A stretch of 44,810 bases of DNA from an uncultured Gammaproteobacteria bacterium (GCA_964573855.1 CAZNKO010000002.1:1-44810), one strand, 5' to 3'. Positions 25,141 through 32,770 are shown, numbered from the stretch's first letter. Numbers and translations are program-made. The notes: generated by a model not told the origin, from the sequence alone.

Positions 25141-25222
25141 GTTAGGGTTTAATTAATCGACGGTCTGTTATATGATTGTGGAATCTCGTAAAGATTTTAG
25201 GTACCATTTGGCGGGAGAAGAT

Positions 25223-25978
25223 ATGAAAAAGTTGAAATATACTAAGGATTTTTTAAACAGGATTATTTGCGGTAATGCCGTAGATGTGATGAAACAGATA
25301 CCGAACGGATCTGTCGATTTGGTAATTACTTCGCCACCTTACAATCTGAAAAATTCCACCGGCAATGGTATGAAAGATGGCCGTGGCGGAAAATGGGCAA
25401 ATGCCGCTCTGCAAAATGGCTATACGCACCATAGTGATTGCATGCCGCACGATGAATATGTGAGCTGGCAGAGGGATTGCCTCAATGAAATGATGCGTGT
25501 TATTCCGGAAGATGGCGCGATTTTTTACAACCACAAATGGCGGGTGCAAGGTGGTTTATTGCAAGACCGGCAAGATATTGTGAATGAATTTCCCGTTCGT
25601 CAGATTATTATTTGGAGACGGAAAGGCGGCCTTAACTTCAATCCAGGGTATTTCTTACCCACTTATGAAGTGATTTATCTTATCGCCAAGCCGAAATTTA
25701 AATTAACATCGAAAGCCAACGCATACGGCGATATTTGGGATTTTACACAAGAGATGAATAATGAACATCCAGCTGCCTTTCCGGTAGACTTGATTGACAG
25801 AATCGTCTCGGCTACAGACGCTAAAATCATTTTGGACCCATTTATGGGCTCCGGTACAACGGCAATTTCTGCGATAAATTTCAAGCGAGATTATATCGGG
25901 ATTGATATTTCGCCTGAGTACTGCGAAATGGCTCGGAAAAGGATCAAACAACATCAATCTCAATCTAAACTTTGGTAG
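25223..25978 (+). CDS. Type II DNA methyltransferase, beta-class amino-methyltransferase (SPPY motif; N4-cytosine type likely)
   Basis: Motif IV DLVITSPPYN precedes motif I ILDPFMGSGTT, which is the beta-class order. ATG 25223 is preceded by GGGAGAAG. Confidence 0.85.
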   Translation: MKKLKYTKDFLNRIICGNAVDVMKQIPNGSVDLVITSPPYNLKNSTGNGMKDGRGGKWANAALQNGYTHHSDCMPHDEYVSWQRDCLNEMMRVIPEDGAIFYNHKWRVQGGLLQDRQDIVNEFPVRQIIIWRRKGGLNFNPGYFLPTYEVIYLIAKPKFKLTSKANAYGDIWDFTQEMNNEHPAAFPVDLIDRIVSATDAKIILDPFMGSGTTAISAINFKRDYIGIDISPEYCEMARKRIKQHQSQSKLW

Positions 25979-25982
25979 TCTT

Positions 25983-26780
25983 GTGGAAAAAAAACCTGTT
26001 ATTTATACAAAACCGGAGCTCATCGCGAAACTCAAAGAGATTTCGATGATGGGATTTGTACCGAATGCGCGTCGTGGAAACGCGGGAGGTATCGGCAACA
26101 CGCTTGAGGACCTTCTTGGTATCGAGGAAAATAATTTGCCGATACCGAACGCCGCGGAATGGGAACTAAAAACACAACGAATCAACACAATGTCTCTCAC
26201 AACGCTTTTTCACATGGAGCCATCCCCGCGCGCCGTTGGGTTTGTGCCGCAAGTATTTTTACCCAAATATAGTTGGTCACACGAGGAAGCTGGGCACAGA
26301 TACCCAAAGAGTGAGATGAGCTTTCGGCAGACGATCCATGGCCGATCACGGAGTGATCGCGGTTTTATGGTTGTGATTGACCGTAAGGCGCAGAAGATTT
26401 TGGTTTCATTTGATGCAGGAAGTGTTGATATTCGACATAAGGCATGGCTTGAATCCGTCAAAAAGCGTGTGGGACTTGGCGAACTTAACCCGCAACCCTA
26501 TTGGGGTTTTGATGATTTGGAACATAAAGCTGGAACAAAACTTCTCAATACTTTCTATGTTCAAGCTGATGTGAAAGTTGAACGGAGAAAAGAATCCTAT
26601 CATTACAAAAAAGTAATGATGTTGCAAAAATTCAGCTTTGATGTATTTTTGAAAGCGTTGGAGGAGGGAAAAATTTTGGTGGACTTCGATGCTCGCACCG
26701 GACACAACCACGGCACAAAATTCCGCATGCGGCAGGATTGTTTGCCGATGTTGTATGAAAAAGCAACCAGTGTCATATAA
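25983..26780 (+). CDS. Type II restriction endonuclease, MvaI/BcnI family
   Basis: Colinear with my recollection of BcnI: ..ELIAKLKEI..GFV, LEDLLGIEENN..IPNAAEWELKTQR...SLTTLFH, and C-terminal ILVDFDARTG.NHGTKFRMR...LP.LY. The GTG at 25983 is 5 nt after the methyltransferase stop. Confidence 0.7.
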   Translation: MEKKPVIYTKPELIAKLKEISMMGFVPNARRGNAGGIGNTLEDLLGIEENNLPIPNAAEWELKTQRINTMSLTTLFHMEPSPRAVGFVPQVFLPKYSWSHEEAGHRYPKSEMSFRQTIHGRSRSDRGFMVVIDRKAQKILVSFDAGSVDIRHKAWLESVKKRVGLGELNPQPYWGFDDLEHKAGTKLLNTFYVQADVKVERRKESYHYKKVMMLQKFSFDVFLKALEEGKILVDFDARTGHNHGTKFRMRQDCLPMLYEKATSVI

Positions 26781-26806
26781 AAGTCAGATAAATAATTTAT
26801 ATCCAT

Positions 26807-26841
26807 GTCAAAAAATGCCTTAAAATAAGGCATTTTTTGAC
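26807..26841. terminator. Bidirectional intrinsic terminator
   Basis: GTCAAAAAATGCCTT aaaat AAGGCATTTTTTGAC: a perfect 15-bp stem with A/T tracts on both sides. Confidence 0.8.
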
Positions 26842-26966
26842 TCTTAACTTTTTAACGAGTTTGTTTATTCTATAACTACCTCGACAGTAAATGGCCTCTT
26901 GCATTGTATTTTTAGGTGAAAAACGTTATGATATTTAATAAAGTAATAAATTAAGCATTAAATCGT

Positions 26967-27320
26967 ATGGACAAAAACGCCGAAATAATACTCAAAATTG
27001 AGGTCCTACTTGGACACCTTAAACAATCATTGGGGACAAAGACTTCTTCTGAAAAGAAGCATGGAGCGAAAGGATTGGATGGGATAAGCCGGATAAATTT
27101 TTTAGGCTTAACCAAGGAGATTTTTGATTTAGTTCAGGAGGGCTACTTCAAAGAACCGAGAACCATTTCAGAAATTAAAAAAAAATTGCATCAAAGAGCA
27201 GTGAATAAGCCCACAACATCTCTAATGAGACCCTTGCGTCTGCTCATACGCAAAAGAATTATTGAGCGCGAGAAACCCGACGGAAAAGGTCATTACAAAT
27301 ATTTTCAAGTAAATCAATAA
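26967..27320 (+). CDS. Small putative winged-helix protein, paralog 1 of 3 (117 aa)
   Basis: The C-terminal half (F.LVQEGYF.EPRTISEIKKKL....VNKPTTSLMRPLRLLIRKRIIEREKPDGKGHYKYFQV) aligns with 27322..27672 and 27685..27939. Confidence 0.55.
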   Translation: MDKNAEIILKIEVLLGHLKQSLGTKTSSEKKHGAKGLDGISRINFLGLTKEIFDLVQEGYFKEPRTISEIKKKLHQRAVNKPTTSLMRPLRLLIRKRIIEREKPDGKGHYKYFQVNQ

Positions 27321-27321
27321 T

Positions 27322-27672
27322 ATGAAAAAAGACCCACAAAAAATCGCCGCACAAATTATGGAACTTGTATCAGAACTTGTCACACTCGTGGGTGTACCCA
27401 TAGTTCATAGGTCAGCAAAGCCGCACAAATCACCTGCGAGTGAGAAAAGAGATATGTCCGGCGCCACTGGAGGTATTCGTTGGTTGGTTGAGGAAGGAAA
27501 GCTGGATTCACCAGAACAGTTATCCGAAATTATGGAATTTTTGCGGCAAGAAGGCAGACACTATTCTCGACCAACCATCTCGATGGGGTTATTGAACTTG
27601 GTGCGCGAAAGGGTTTTGACGCGATTCCACGACAAAGGAGATAAAAATTGGAAATACGTTATTCGAAAATAG
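27322..27672 (+). CDS. Small putative winged-helix protein, paralog 2 of 3 (116 aa)
   Basis: IRWLVEEGKLDSPEQLSEIMEFLRQEGRHYSRPTISMGLLNLVRERVLTRFHDKGDKNWKYVIRK. It starts 1 nt after the paralog 1 stop. Confidence 0.55.
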   Translation: MKKDPQKIAAQIMELVSELVTLVGVPIVHRSAKPHKSPASEKRDMSGATGGIRWLVEEGKLDSPEQLSEIMEFLRQEGRHYSRPTISMGLLNLVRERVLTRFHDKGDKNWKYVIRK

Positions 27673-27684
27673 TTATAACGAATT

Positions 27685-27939
27685 ATGTCGGCAAAAAGTC
27701 TGAAAGACAAGGCAAGCCAGCTCTCGCTTCAAGGCGGCAGTAAACACGAATTGATACAAAAGCTCATTGTCAACGGATTTTTTGACACACCCAAAATGAC
27801 AGGTGAGCTTATTTTGGAGGTTTGTCAAACTTTCGGAAAGAGGTTGCGATCAAATGAGATACAAACTTACATGAAAAAGTTCATGGAGGCGGCCATTATA
27901 CGGGCTGTTCACGATAAGCAGAGCAGGGGTAATTTTTGA
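27685..27939 (+). CDS. Small putative winged-helix protein, paralog 3 of 3. It ends at a TGA that is in-frame with the next ORF.
   Basis: LIQKLIVNGFFDTPKMTGELILEVCQTFGKRLRSNEIQTYMKKFMEAAIIRAVHDKQSRGNF*. The stop falls where paralogs 1 and 2 have Y/W. Confidence 0.5.
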   Translation: MSAKSLKDKASQLSLQGGSKHELIQKLIVNGFFDTPKMTGELILEVCQTFGKRLRSNEIQTYMKKFMEAAIIRAVHDKQSRGNF

Positions 27940-27951
27940 ATACTAGCCAGT

Positions 27952-28428
27952 ATGGATAAATCGAAAGCGGCACAGCTTATTGGCAAAAGCAAGAAAGTTC
28001 AAGAAATAGAGCACGACCTTTTTTCAGATGGCCTGCTCAAAAAATTTGGAAAGGACTTTGGTGTTGAGTTTACTGATTTACAATACAATTTCGATAGAAG
28101 CGGAACGTGTACGGCATTTCTTCTGCGGAAGATTCTGGAGAAGCTGATTTATCTTGCTTTTGCCAAGCACGGTGTTGGATCAAAATTAGAGGATAAGACA
28201 CGGGCTGGTCGTCTAGTTGGTCTCGAATCCATGATGAGCATTGCCGTTTCGGAAAAGATTAGCGGTGTGCCATTTTTGACCTCCAAAACGGCAAAAGAAA
28301 TTCAAGGCATTAAATTTTTAGGAGACGCGGCTGCACATAATCCACTAACCAACGTAGAGATGAGGACTATCATACCGCAAATGCCTTTCATTATTACCGC
28401 ATTTGAAGAAGTGGCAAAGAAGATGTAA
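27952..28428 (+). CDS. DUF4145-like protein (158 aa). It may be the C-terminal part of a fusion with 27685..27939.
   Basis: IQGIKFLGDAAAHNP resembles the R/K-x2-G-N/D-x-A-A-H signature of DUF4145. It shares a reading frame with the upstream ORF, separated by TGA plus four sense codons. Confidence 0.45.
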   Translation: MDKSKAAQLIGKSKKVQEIEHDLFSDGLLKKFGKDFGVEFTDLQYNFDRSGTCTAFLLRKILEKLIYLAFAKHGVGSKLEDKTRAGRLVGLESMMSIAVSEKISGVPFLTSKTAKEIQGIKFLGDAAAHNPLTNVEMRTIIPQMPFIITAFEEVAKKM

Positions 28429-28440
28429 TTTATAAAGGTA

Positions 28441-28468
28441 TTCTCTAATTCGCGCGAATGGTAGAATA
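28441..28468 (+). promoter_or_regulatory. Upstream motif copy 3 of 6 (TTCTCTAATTCGCGCGAATGGTAGAATA)
   Basis: Matches 5153..5179 over 27 nt (TCTCTAATTCGCGCGAATGGTAGAATA). Palindrome at 28448-28459. It ends 20 nt before the ATG at 28489. Confidence 0.6.
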
Positions 28469-28488
28469 GTTACGGATGCGCATTTATT

Positions 28489-28836
28489 ATGGCTACAAAA
28501 CGAAAGAAAGGAATGTCTAAATATTTATTGACCTATCTTTGCCAGAAATGCGGTATGGATTTTGGGGTGTCGGATATACACACACCGAAATGTTTTTACT
28601 GCGGTTCCAAACGAGGACACGAACTTGTGAAAAAACAAAAGATCACTCCACAGGTTTTGGCGGAACGGATGAAATTAGTGACTGACCGGATGATCGAAAA
28701 TCTTAAAAAGGCTTATAACGTAAGGCCTGCCGATACCGATGAGGATGAATTGCTCGAAGTTTTGGTAAAGGCGGATAAACTGCGCAGAGGCGTGAGGCGT
28801 CTTCCATTCAAACGTGGAAAACATTTGGCATCGTAA
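28489..28836 (+). CDS. Small zinc-ribbon protein (115 aa)
   Basis: CQKCG..(13 aa)..CFYCG four-Cys ribbon near the N-terminus, followed by a helical, charged C-terminal half. Confidence 0.55.
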   Translation: MATKRKKGMSKYLLTYLCQKCGMDFGVSDIHTPKCFYCGSKRGHELVKKQKITPQVLAERMKLVTDRMIENLKKAYNVRPADTDEDELLEVLVKADKLRRGVRRLPFKRGKHLAS

Positions 28837-28842
28837 GGCATA

Positions 28843-28870
28843 TTCTCTAATTCGCGCGAATGGTGGAATA
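28843..28870 (+). promoter_or_regulatory. Upstream motif copy 4 of 6 (TTCTCTAATTCGCGCGAATGGTGGAATA)
   Basis: Palindrome at 28850-28861. It ends 30 nt before the ATG at 28901. Confidence 0.6.
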
Positions 28871-28900
28871 GTTGGCCGGGTTGTAGTAGTCTTGAAGGAT

Positions 28901-29170
28901 ATGAAAGAGAAGGAAATGGAGCGGGTCCTCAAGGCCCTGGCCAATCGACGGCGTCTCGCCATTGTGAGATATTTGAAACGCACCAGAGAGGCGACGGTGG
29001 GGGATATCGCGGACGAGATTAGGCTTTCGTTCAAAGCGACGTCGAAACATCTCGGCGTCCTTTATGCCGCAGATATCGTGGATCGGGAACAGCGAAGCTT
29101 GCAGATGTGGTATCGTCTCGTCCCCAATCTTCATCCCGTTGCAAAACATATCTCTAATTCGCTCGAATAG
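28901..29170 (+). CDS. ArsR/SmtB-family winged-helix transcriptional regulator (89 aa, no Cys)
   Basis: LKALANRRRLAIVRYLKRTREATVGDIADEIRLSFKATSKHLGVLYAADIVDREQRSLQMWYRL is the canonical ArsR HTH_5 pattern. ATG 28901 is preceded by GAAGGA. The ORF-track start at 28814 overlaps the upstream gene and the motif. Confidence 0.8.
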   Translation: MKEKEMERVLKALANRRRLAIVRYLKRTREATVGDIADEIRLSFKATSKHLGVLYAADIVDREQRSLQMWYRLVPNLHPVAKHISNSLE

Positions 29171-29177
29171 GCGAATA
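29149..29177 (+). promoter_or_regulatory. Upstream motif copy 5 of 6 (TATCTCTAATTCGCTCGAATAGGCGAATA). It overlaps the last codons of the ArsR-family gene.
   Basis: The palindrome has one mismatch (ATTCGCTCGAAT). It ends 13 nt before the ATG at 29191. Confidence 0.55.
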
Positions 29178-29190
29178 GTTCGAGTGTCCT

Positions 29191-29583
29191 ATGTCCTTCC
29201 GTGGTGTCATCATTGAAGAAAGTTTGAAAAATAATAACATTCTTCAAGACGTAAAAATTTTGAAGACCAAGATTGAAAAGGTAACGGATGAGCACAAGAC
29301 TCCATGGCTGAAACAATGGACCTTGCATTCTGTGGAGATATCAGATGAGAGGGTAGACGAAGTGGCGAAAGAATTAAGCGGAGTTATCAATGATCAACCG
29401 AGCTCTTGGTATGCTGACTTTAAGAACGAAAATTTCCGCTACATCATTTACCCTGGTAAAATTTTTAAAATACATCGCGCGAATAACCAAGAATACCTTG
29501 CTGCGACCGAGTACGGTATTTCTCTTGGCATCCCGTCGTATCAGGTCGATTTCGTCCCTTATATTAAACAATGGGAACGATAG
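29191..29583 (+). CDS. Hypothetical protein (130 aa)
   Basis: ATG-initiated ORF preceded by the motif. No family was recognised. Confidence 0.5.
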   Translation: MSFRGVIIEESLKNNNILQDVKILKTKIEKVTDEHKTPWLKQWTLHSVEISDERVDEVAKELSGVINDQPSSWYADFKNENFRYIIYPGKIFKIHRANNQEYLAATEYGISLGIPSYQVDFVPYIKQWER

Positions 29584-29614
29584 CCATTGATTTTTGTATC
29601 CACACTCTTCTACC

Positions 29615-29642
29615 TTCTCTAATTCGCTCGAATAGGCGAATA
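29615..29642 (+). promoter_or_regulatory. Upstream motif copy 6 of 6 (TTCTCTAATTCGCTCGAATAGGCGAATA)
   Basis: Matches copy 5 over its last 27 nt (TCTCTAATTCGCTCGAATAGGCGAATA). It ends only 2 nt before the ATG at 29645. Confidence 0.55.
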
Positions 29643-29644
29643 GT

Positions 29645-30418
29645 ATGTCCGAGTATTACACGCCGCAGAGGACGAAGAATTTGTATGATCCCCGTCGACA
29701 TGGCTCGGGGCAGGCGGCCACGGAGCCGTTTAAGGTGTCGCGGTCGAAGATTGATCTCTTTCTCGAATGCCCGCGGTGTTTTTATTTTGACCGCCGGCTC
29801 GGGGTCGGGCGGCCGCCCGGGTTTCCGTTTGCGTTGAACTCGGCAGTGGACCATCTTTTGAAGCTCGAATTCGACATCCATCGGGCGAACGGCACTCAGC
29901 ATCCATTGATCAAAAAGTACGGCGTGGATGCGCGTCCGGTACCGCACAAAGATCTGAACAAATGGCGCGAAAATTTTACAGGTGTTCAGTATCTCCACAA
30001 GCCGACAAATTTTTTGGTGACAGGCGCGATTGATGACCTGTGGCAGAATTCGAAAAAGGAATATATCGTCGTGGATTACAAGGCGACGGCCAAGGATGAG
30101 GAGATCACGGAGTTGAATAAGGATTGGCATGAAGGATACAAACGGCAGATGGAGGTGTATCAGTGGCTCCTGCGCCAGAATGGCTACAAGGTATCGGACA
30201 TGGGGTATTTCGTGTACTGCAACGGGAAGACGGACCGCAAGGCGTTCGACGGCAAGCTTGAATTCGACGTGACGCTCATTGCATACGCGGGCGATGATGC
30301 GTGGGTGGATAAGACGCTCGAGAAGGCGCACAAGTGTTTGAATGGCGATAAGATTCCGAAAGCGGGTAAGGATTGCGACTACTGCAGTTACGTCGAGACG
30401 CGAGACAAATACGTATAG
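29645..30418 (+). CDS. PD-(D/E)XK nuclease, Cas4/RecB-like, with putative Fe-S cysteines
   Basis: N-terminal SRSKIDLFLECPRCFYF, then IDDL...EYIVVDYKA (D..D/E-x-K), QMEVYQWLL (QxxxY) and C-terminal C..(13 aa)..CDYC. Confidence 0.7.
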   Translation: MSEYYTPQRTKNLYDPRRHGSGQAATEPFKVSRSKIDLFLECPRCFYFDRRLGVGRPPGFPFALNSAVDHLLKLEFDIHRANGTQHPLIKKYGVDARPVPHKDLNKWRENFTGVQYLHKPTNFLVTGAIDDLWQNSKKEYIVVDYKATAKDEEITELNKDWHEGYKRQMEVYQWLLRQNGYKVSDMGYFVYCNGKTDRKAFDGKLEFDVTLIAYAGDDAWVDKTLEKAHKCLNGDKIPKAGKDCDYCSYVETRDKYV

Positions 30419-30467
30419 AGAAAGGCGCCTCTTGAACCGGGTGGCGTTTCGTTATATGATAGGTTCT

Positions 30468-31097
30468 ATGAAAAAAATCATCCCACTTCTTGGCATACTT
30501 CTTTTTGGTGCGGGTTGCGTCACGGCGCCAGCAAGCAGGGAGACATCGGAAACGCCAAAGACGACGTACTATGAGAGCGCCGATCTCGGCCTCGGCTTTT
30601 ATTACCCCAACGCCTGGGGTGAGCCAGTCATCATCGAGGAACAAGGTCAGACAGACGGGAAGTCCGGCGGCTGCGTCTACCAGCGTGCGGTGAGTTTTCC
30701 CGATCTTCCCGATCTTGGGGGCAACAGTATGATCGTTCTCGCGGCCGTGAATACCACGACCTGCATAGCCCCAGGTCGCGGTGGCTATTGGGGTGATAAT
30801 GGCAGTACCATCGTTCCATACCAGGCGTATATGTCCGTGTGCGAAGACGGAGGTGCGGACGTGTGTGAGACGTTAAAGACGAAAAACGGCGAGTTGGTTT
30901 GGCACTATCGTTTCCCGAAATACTCCGTTCCATTCAGCGATCTTGAGCTGACCGGTGTTAATGAATACCAGCTCTATCACGATGGGCACCCGCTTTCCGG
31001 GATTATCCTTTCCGACGAACGGTTGCTCGAAAATGGCTACGCCCGATACCAAGATGAACTCCGGGCGCTCGTTGAGTCGATTTCTTTCATGAAGTGA
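30468..31097 (+). CDS. Lipoprotein (hypothetical)
   Basis: MKKIIPLLGILLFGAGC is a signal peptide plus lipobox. An alternative ATG lies at 30456. Confidence 0.65.
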   Translation: MKKIIPLLGILLFGAGCVTAPASRETSETPKTTYYESADLGLGFYYPNAWGEPVIIEEQGQTDGKSGGCVYQRAVSFPDLPDLGGNSMIVLAAVNTTTCIAPGRGGYWGDNGSTIVPYQAYMSVCEDGGADVCETLKTKNGELVWHYRFPKYSVPFSDLELTGVNEYQLYHDGHPLSGIILSDERLLENGYARYQDELRALVESISFMK

Positions 31098-31140
31098 CCT
31101 GGCGTTGCCATGTCACAGCCCTCGGGAAACACGCATAAGG

Positions 31141-31176
31141 GATTGCTTCGCCCCGCGTTGCGGGGCTCGCAATGAC
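31141..31176. repeat. Short GC-rich palindromic element (GATTGC ttcg CCCCGC gtt GCGGGG ctc GCAATG)
   Basis: Nested inverted repeat in the intergenic region. Confidence 0.5.
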
Positions 31177-31230
31177 AGATGGCGGTAAACGCTGGATTTT
31201 TGGGCGGCGCGGTGCTAATCTTAGGCCACT

Positions 31231-32727
31231 GTGTCTTCGCTACAGCTCGCCAAAAATACGCTCTATCTCACGGCTGCGTCCGTGGGGCAAAAGCTCCTCT
31301 CGTTCGTCTATTTTCTTTTGATCGCCCGCAGCTTGCTCCCCGAGCAGACCGGCGCGTATTTTTTGACGCTCTCATTCATCGTGATTTTTTTAGTCGTGGC
31401 AGACGTCGGGACAACCTCGGTCGTGATCCGTGACGTGGCGCAGAGGCCGGAAGAGGCAAAACGGAGCGTGCGGCTTGCGATGGCCGTGAAAATCCCGGCA
31501 ACCGCGCTTGCGATTCTGGCTGCGATCGCCGCGTCCATTCTTTTGGGTTACGACCCGATCGTACGCGGACTCATTCTTCTTGCCACGTTTATTTTGATCG
31601 CCGATTCTTTCTCCATTTTTTTCTACGGCGTTCTCCGCGGCCATCACGTGCTTGCCTATGAGTCCGTTGGCATGTTTGCAGGGCAGTTTATTACTCTGAT
31701 CATTGGCGGCGCCGTGCTCCTTACCACCCGTTCGCTCCCAGTCCTTATCGCGGCACTGATCGCGGGCAGTACGTTTAATTTTCTCCTTTCAATCTATCAG
31801 ACCGCGCGGCGGCTCGGCTGGGGCATACTCCTCCCCCTTTGGAACCGGAAATTGATTGCGGTTCTTTTGAAAACCGCTCTGCCATTTTTTCTTGCAGCCA
31901 TTTTCGTGAAACTTTACAATTACATCGATGTTCAGCTTTTGTACATGTACCTCGGCAAGGCCACGGTGGGGCTCTATGGCGTCGCATACAAATATACCTA
32001 TGCCTTCCAGTTTTTGCCGCTTTCGTTTATCGCGGCCCTCTATCCGGGCATGAGCCGGCTCGCCCACCGCGACCATGCGGCACTCGCGAAGCTATTTGAT
32101 CAAGCCCTTTGGTACATGTTCCTTCTCGTGATGCCGCTTGCCTTCGGCCTTTGGTCGCTTGCGGAGGACGCCGTGGCGCTTACGGGCCTTGAATATGCTG
32201 CCGCGATTCCGGTTTTGCAAATATTAGTGTTTGCCCTCATTCCAAACTTTTTGGATTTTCCCGTGGGCTCGCTCCTCAATGCGTCGGGCCGGCAGGGGAC
32301 GAAAACGATCCTGTTCGGGATTGCCATGGTCGTAAATTTTATTCTGAATCTGTTTTTGATTCCGCGCTTTGGGATGCTGGGTGCCGCGTGGGGCTCGATC
32401 GTGAGTCTCACAGTTCTGTTCCTGTCCGGGCTTTGGTTTGTCCGCAAGATTCTTCCGGCGTTCCATCCTCTGTCTCTCTTACGCTTTGCGATCCCGATGG
32501 CGGCTTCTGGGGCCATCATGGCGTTTGTGGCCGTGTCCGCGCGCCCCTGGTTTGATGCGGCAGGGGATTTGGTTGCCGTTCTTCTCACCATCGCGGTGTC
32601 CGTGACGGTATATTTTGGCTTGTTGATTCTTTTCCGCGTGCTCCGGAAATCGCACTGGGAAAATATGAAACGGATGCTCAATCGTTCTCCGCAGGGTTAT
32701 GTCGAAACTCCTCCTTCCCACGCTTGA
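31231..32727 (+). CDS. MOP/Wzx-type polysaccharide (oligosaccharide) flippase
   Basis: 498 aa and polytopic, with a GTG start. The N-terminus (LAKNTLYLTAASVGQKLLSFVYFLLIARSL..E..G.Y) is typical of the polysaccharide biosynthesis protein family. Confidence 0.7.
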   Translation: MSSLQLAKNTLYLTAASVGQKLLSFVYFLLIARSLLPEQTGAYFLTLSFIVIFLVVADVGTTSVVIRDVAQRPEEAKRSVRLAMAVKIPATALAILAAIAASILLGYDPIVRGLILLATFILIADSFSIFFYGVLRGHHVLAYESVGMFAGQFITLIIGGAVLLTTRSLPVLIAALIAGSTFNFLLSIYQTARRLGWGILLPLWNRKLIAVLLKTALPFFLAAIFVKLYNYIDVQLLYMYLGKATVGLYGVAYKYTYAFQFLPLSFIAALYPGMSRLAHRDHAALAKLFDQALWYMFLLVMPLAFGLWSLAEDAVALTGLEYAAAIPVLQILVFALIPNFLDFPVGSLLNASGRQGTKTILFGIAMVVNFILNLFLIPRFGMLGAAWGSIVSLTVLFLSGLWFVRKILPAFHPLSLLRFAIPMAASGAIMAFVAVSARPWFDAAGDLVAVLLTIAVSVTVYFGLLILFRVLRKSHWENMKRMLNRSPQGYVETPPSHA

Positions 32728-32770
32728 GTTTCCGCCGCAGATCGGCGGGATTGCGGAATAGCTCGCGGCC

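Noticed and set aside
28441-29642. Possible CRISPR array or integron cassette array (repeated 28-bp motif)
   Set aside because: The repeats are 300-470 bp apart, and each interval is a complete protein-coding gene, so this is not a CRISPR array. No integrase or attI/attC-like structured sites are visible, so an integron is not supported. It is kept as a regulatory motif instead.
29564-30331. 255-aa minus-strand ORF
   Set aside because: It is antisense to the Cas4-like nuclease gene, which carries recognisable catalytic motifs and the upstream motif.
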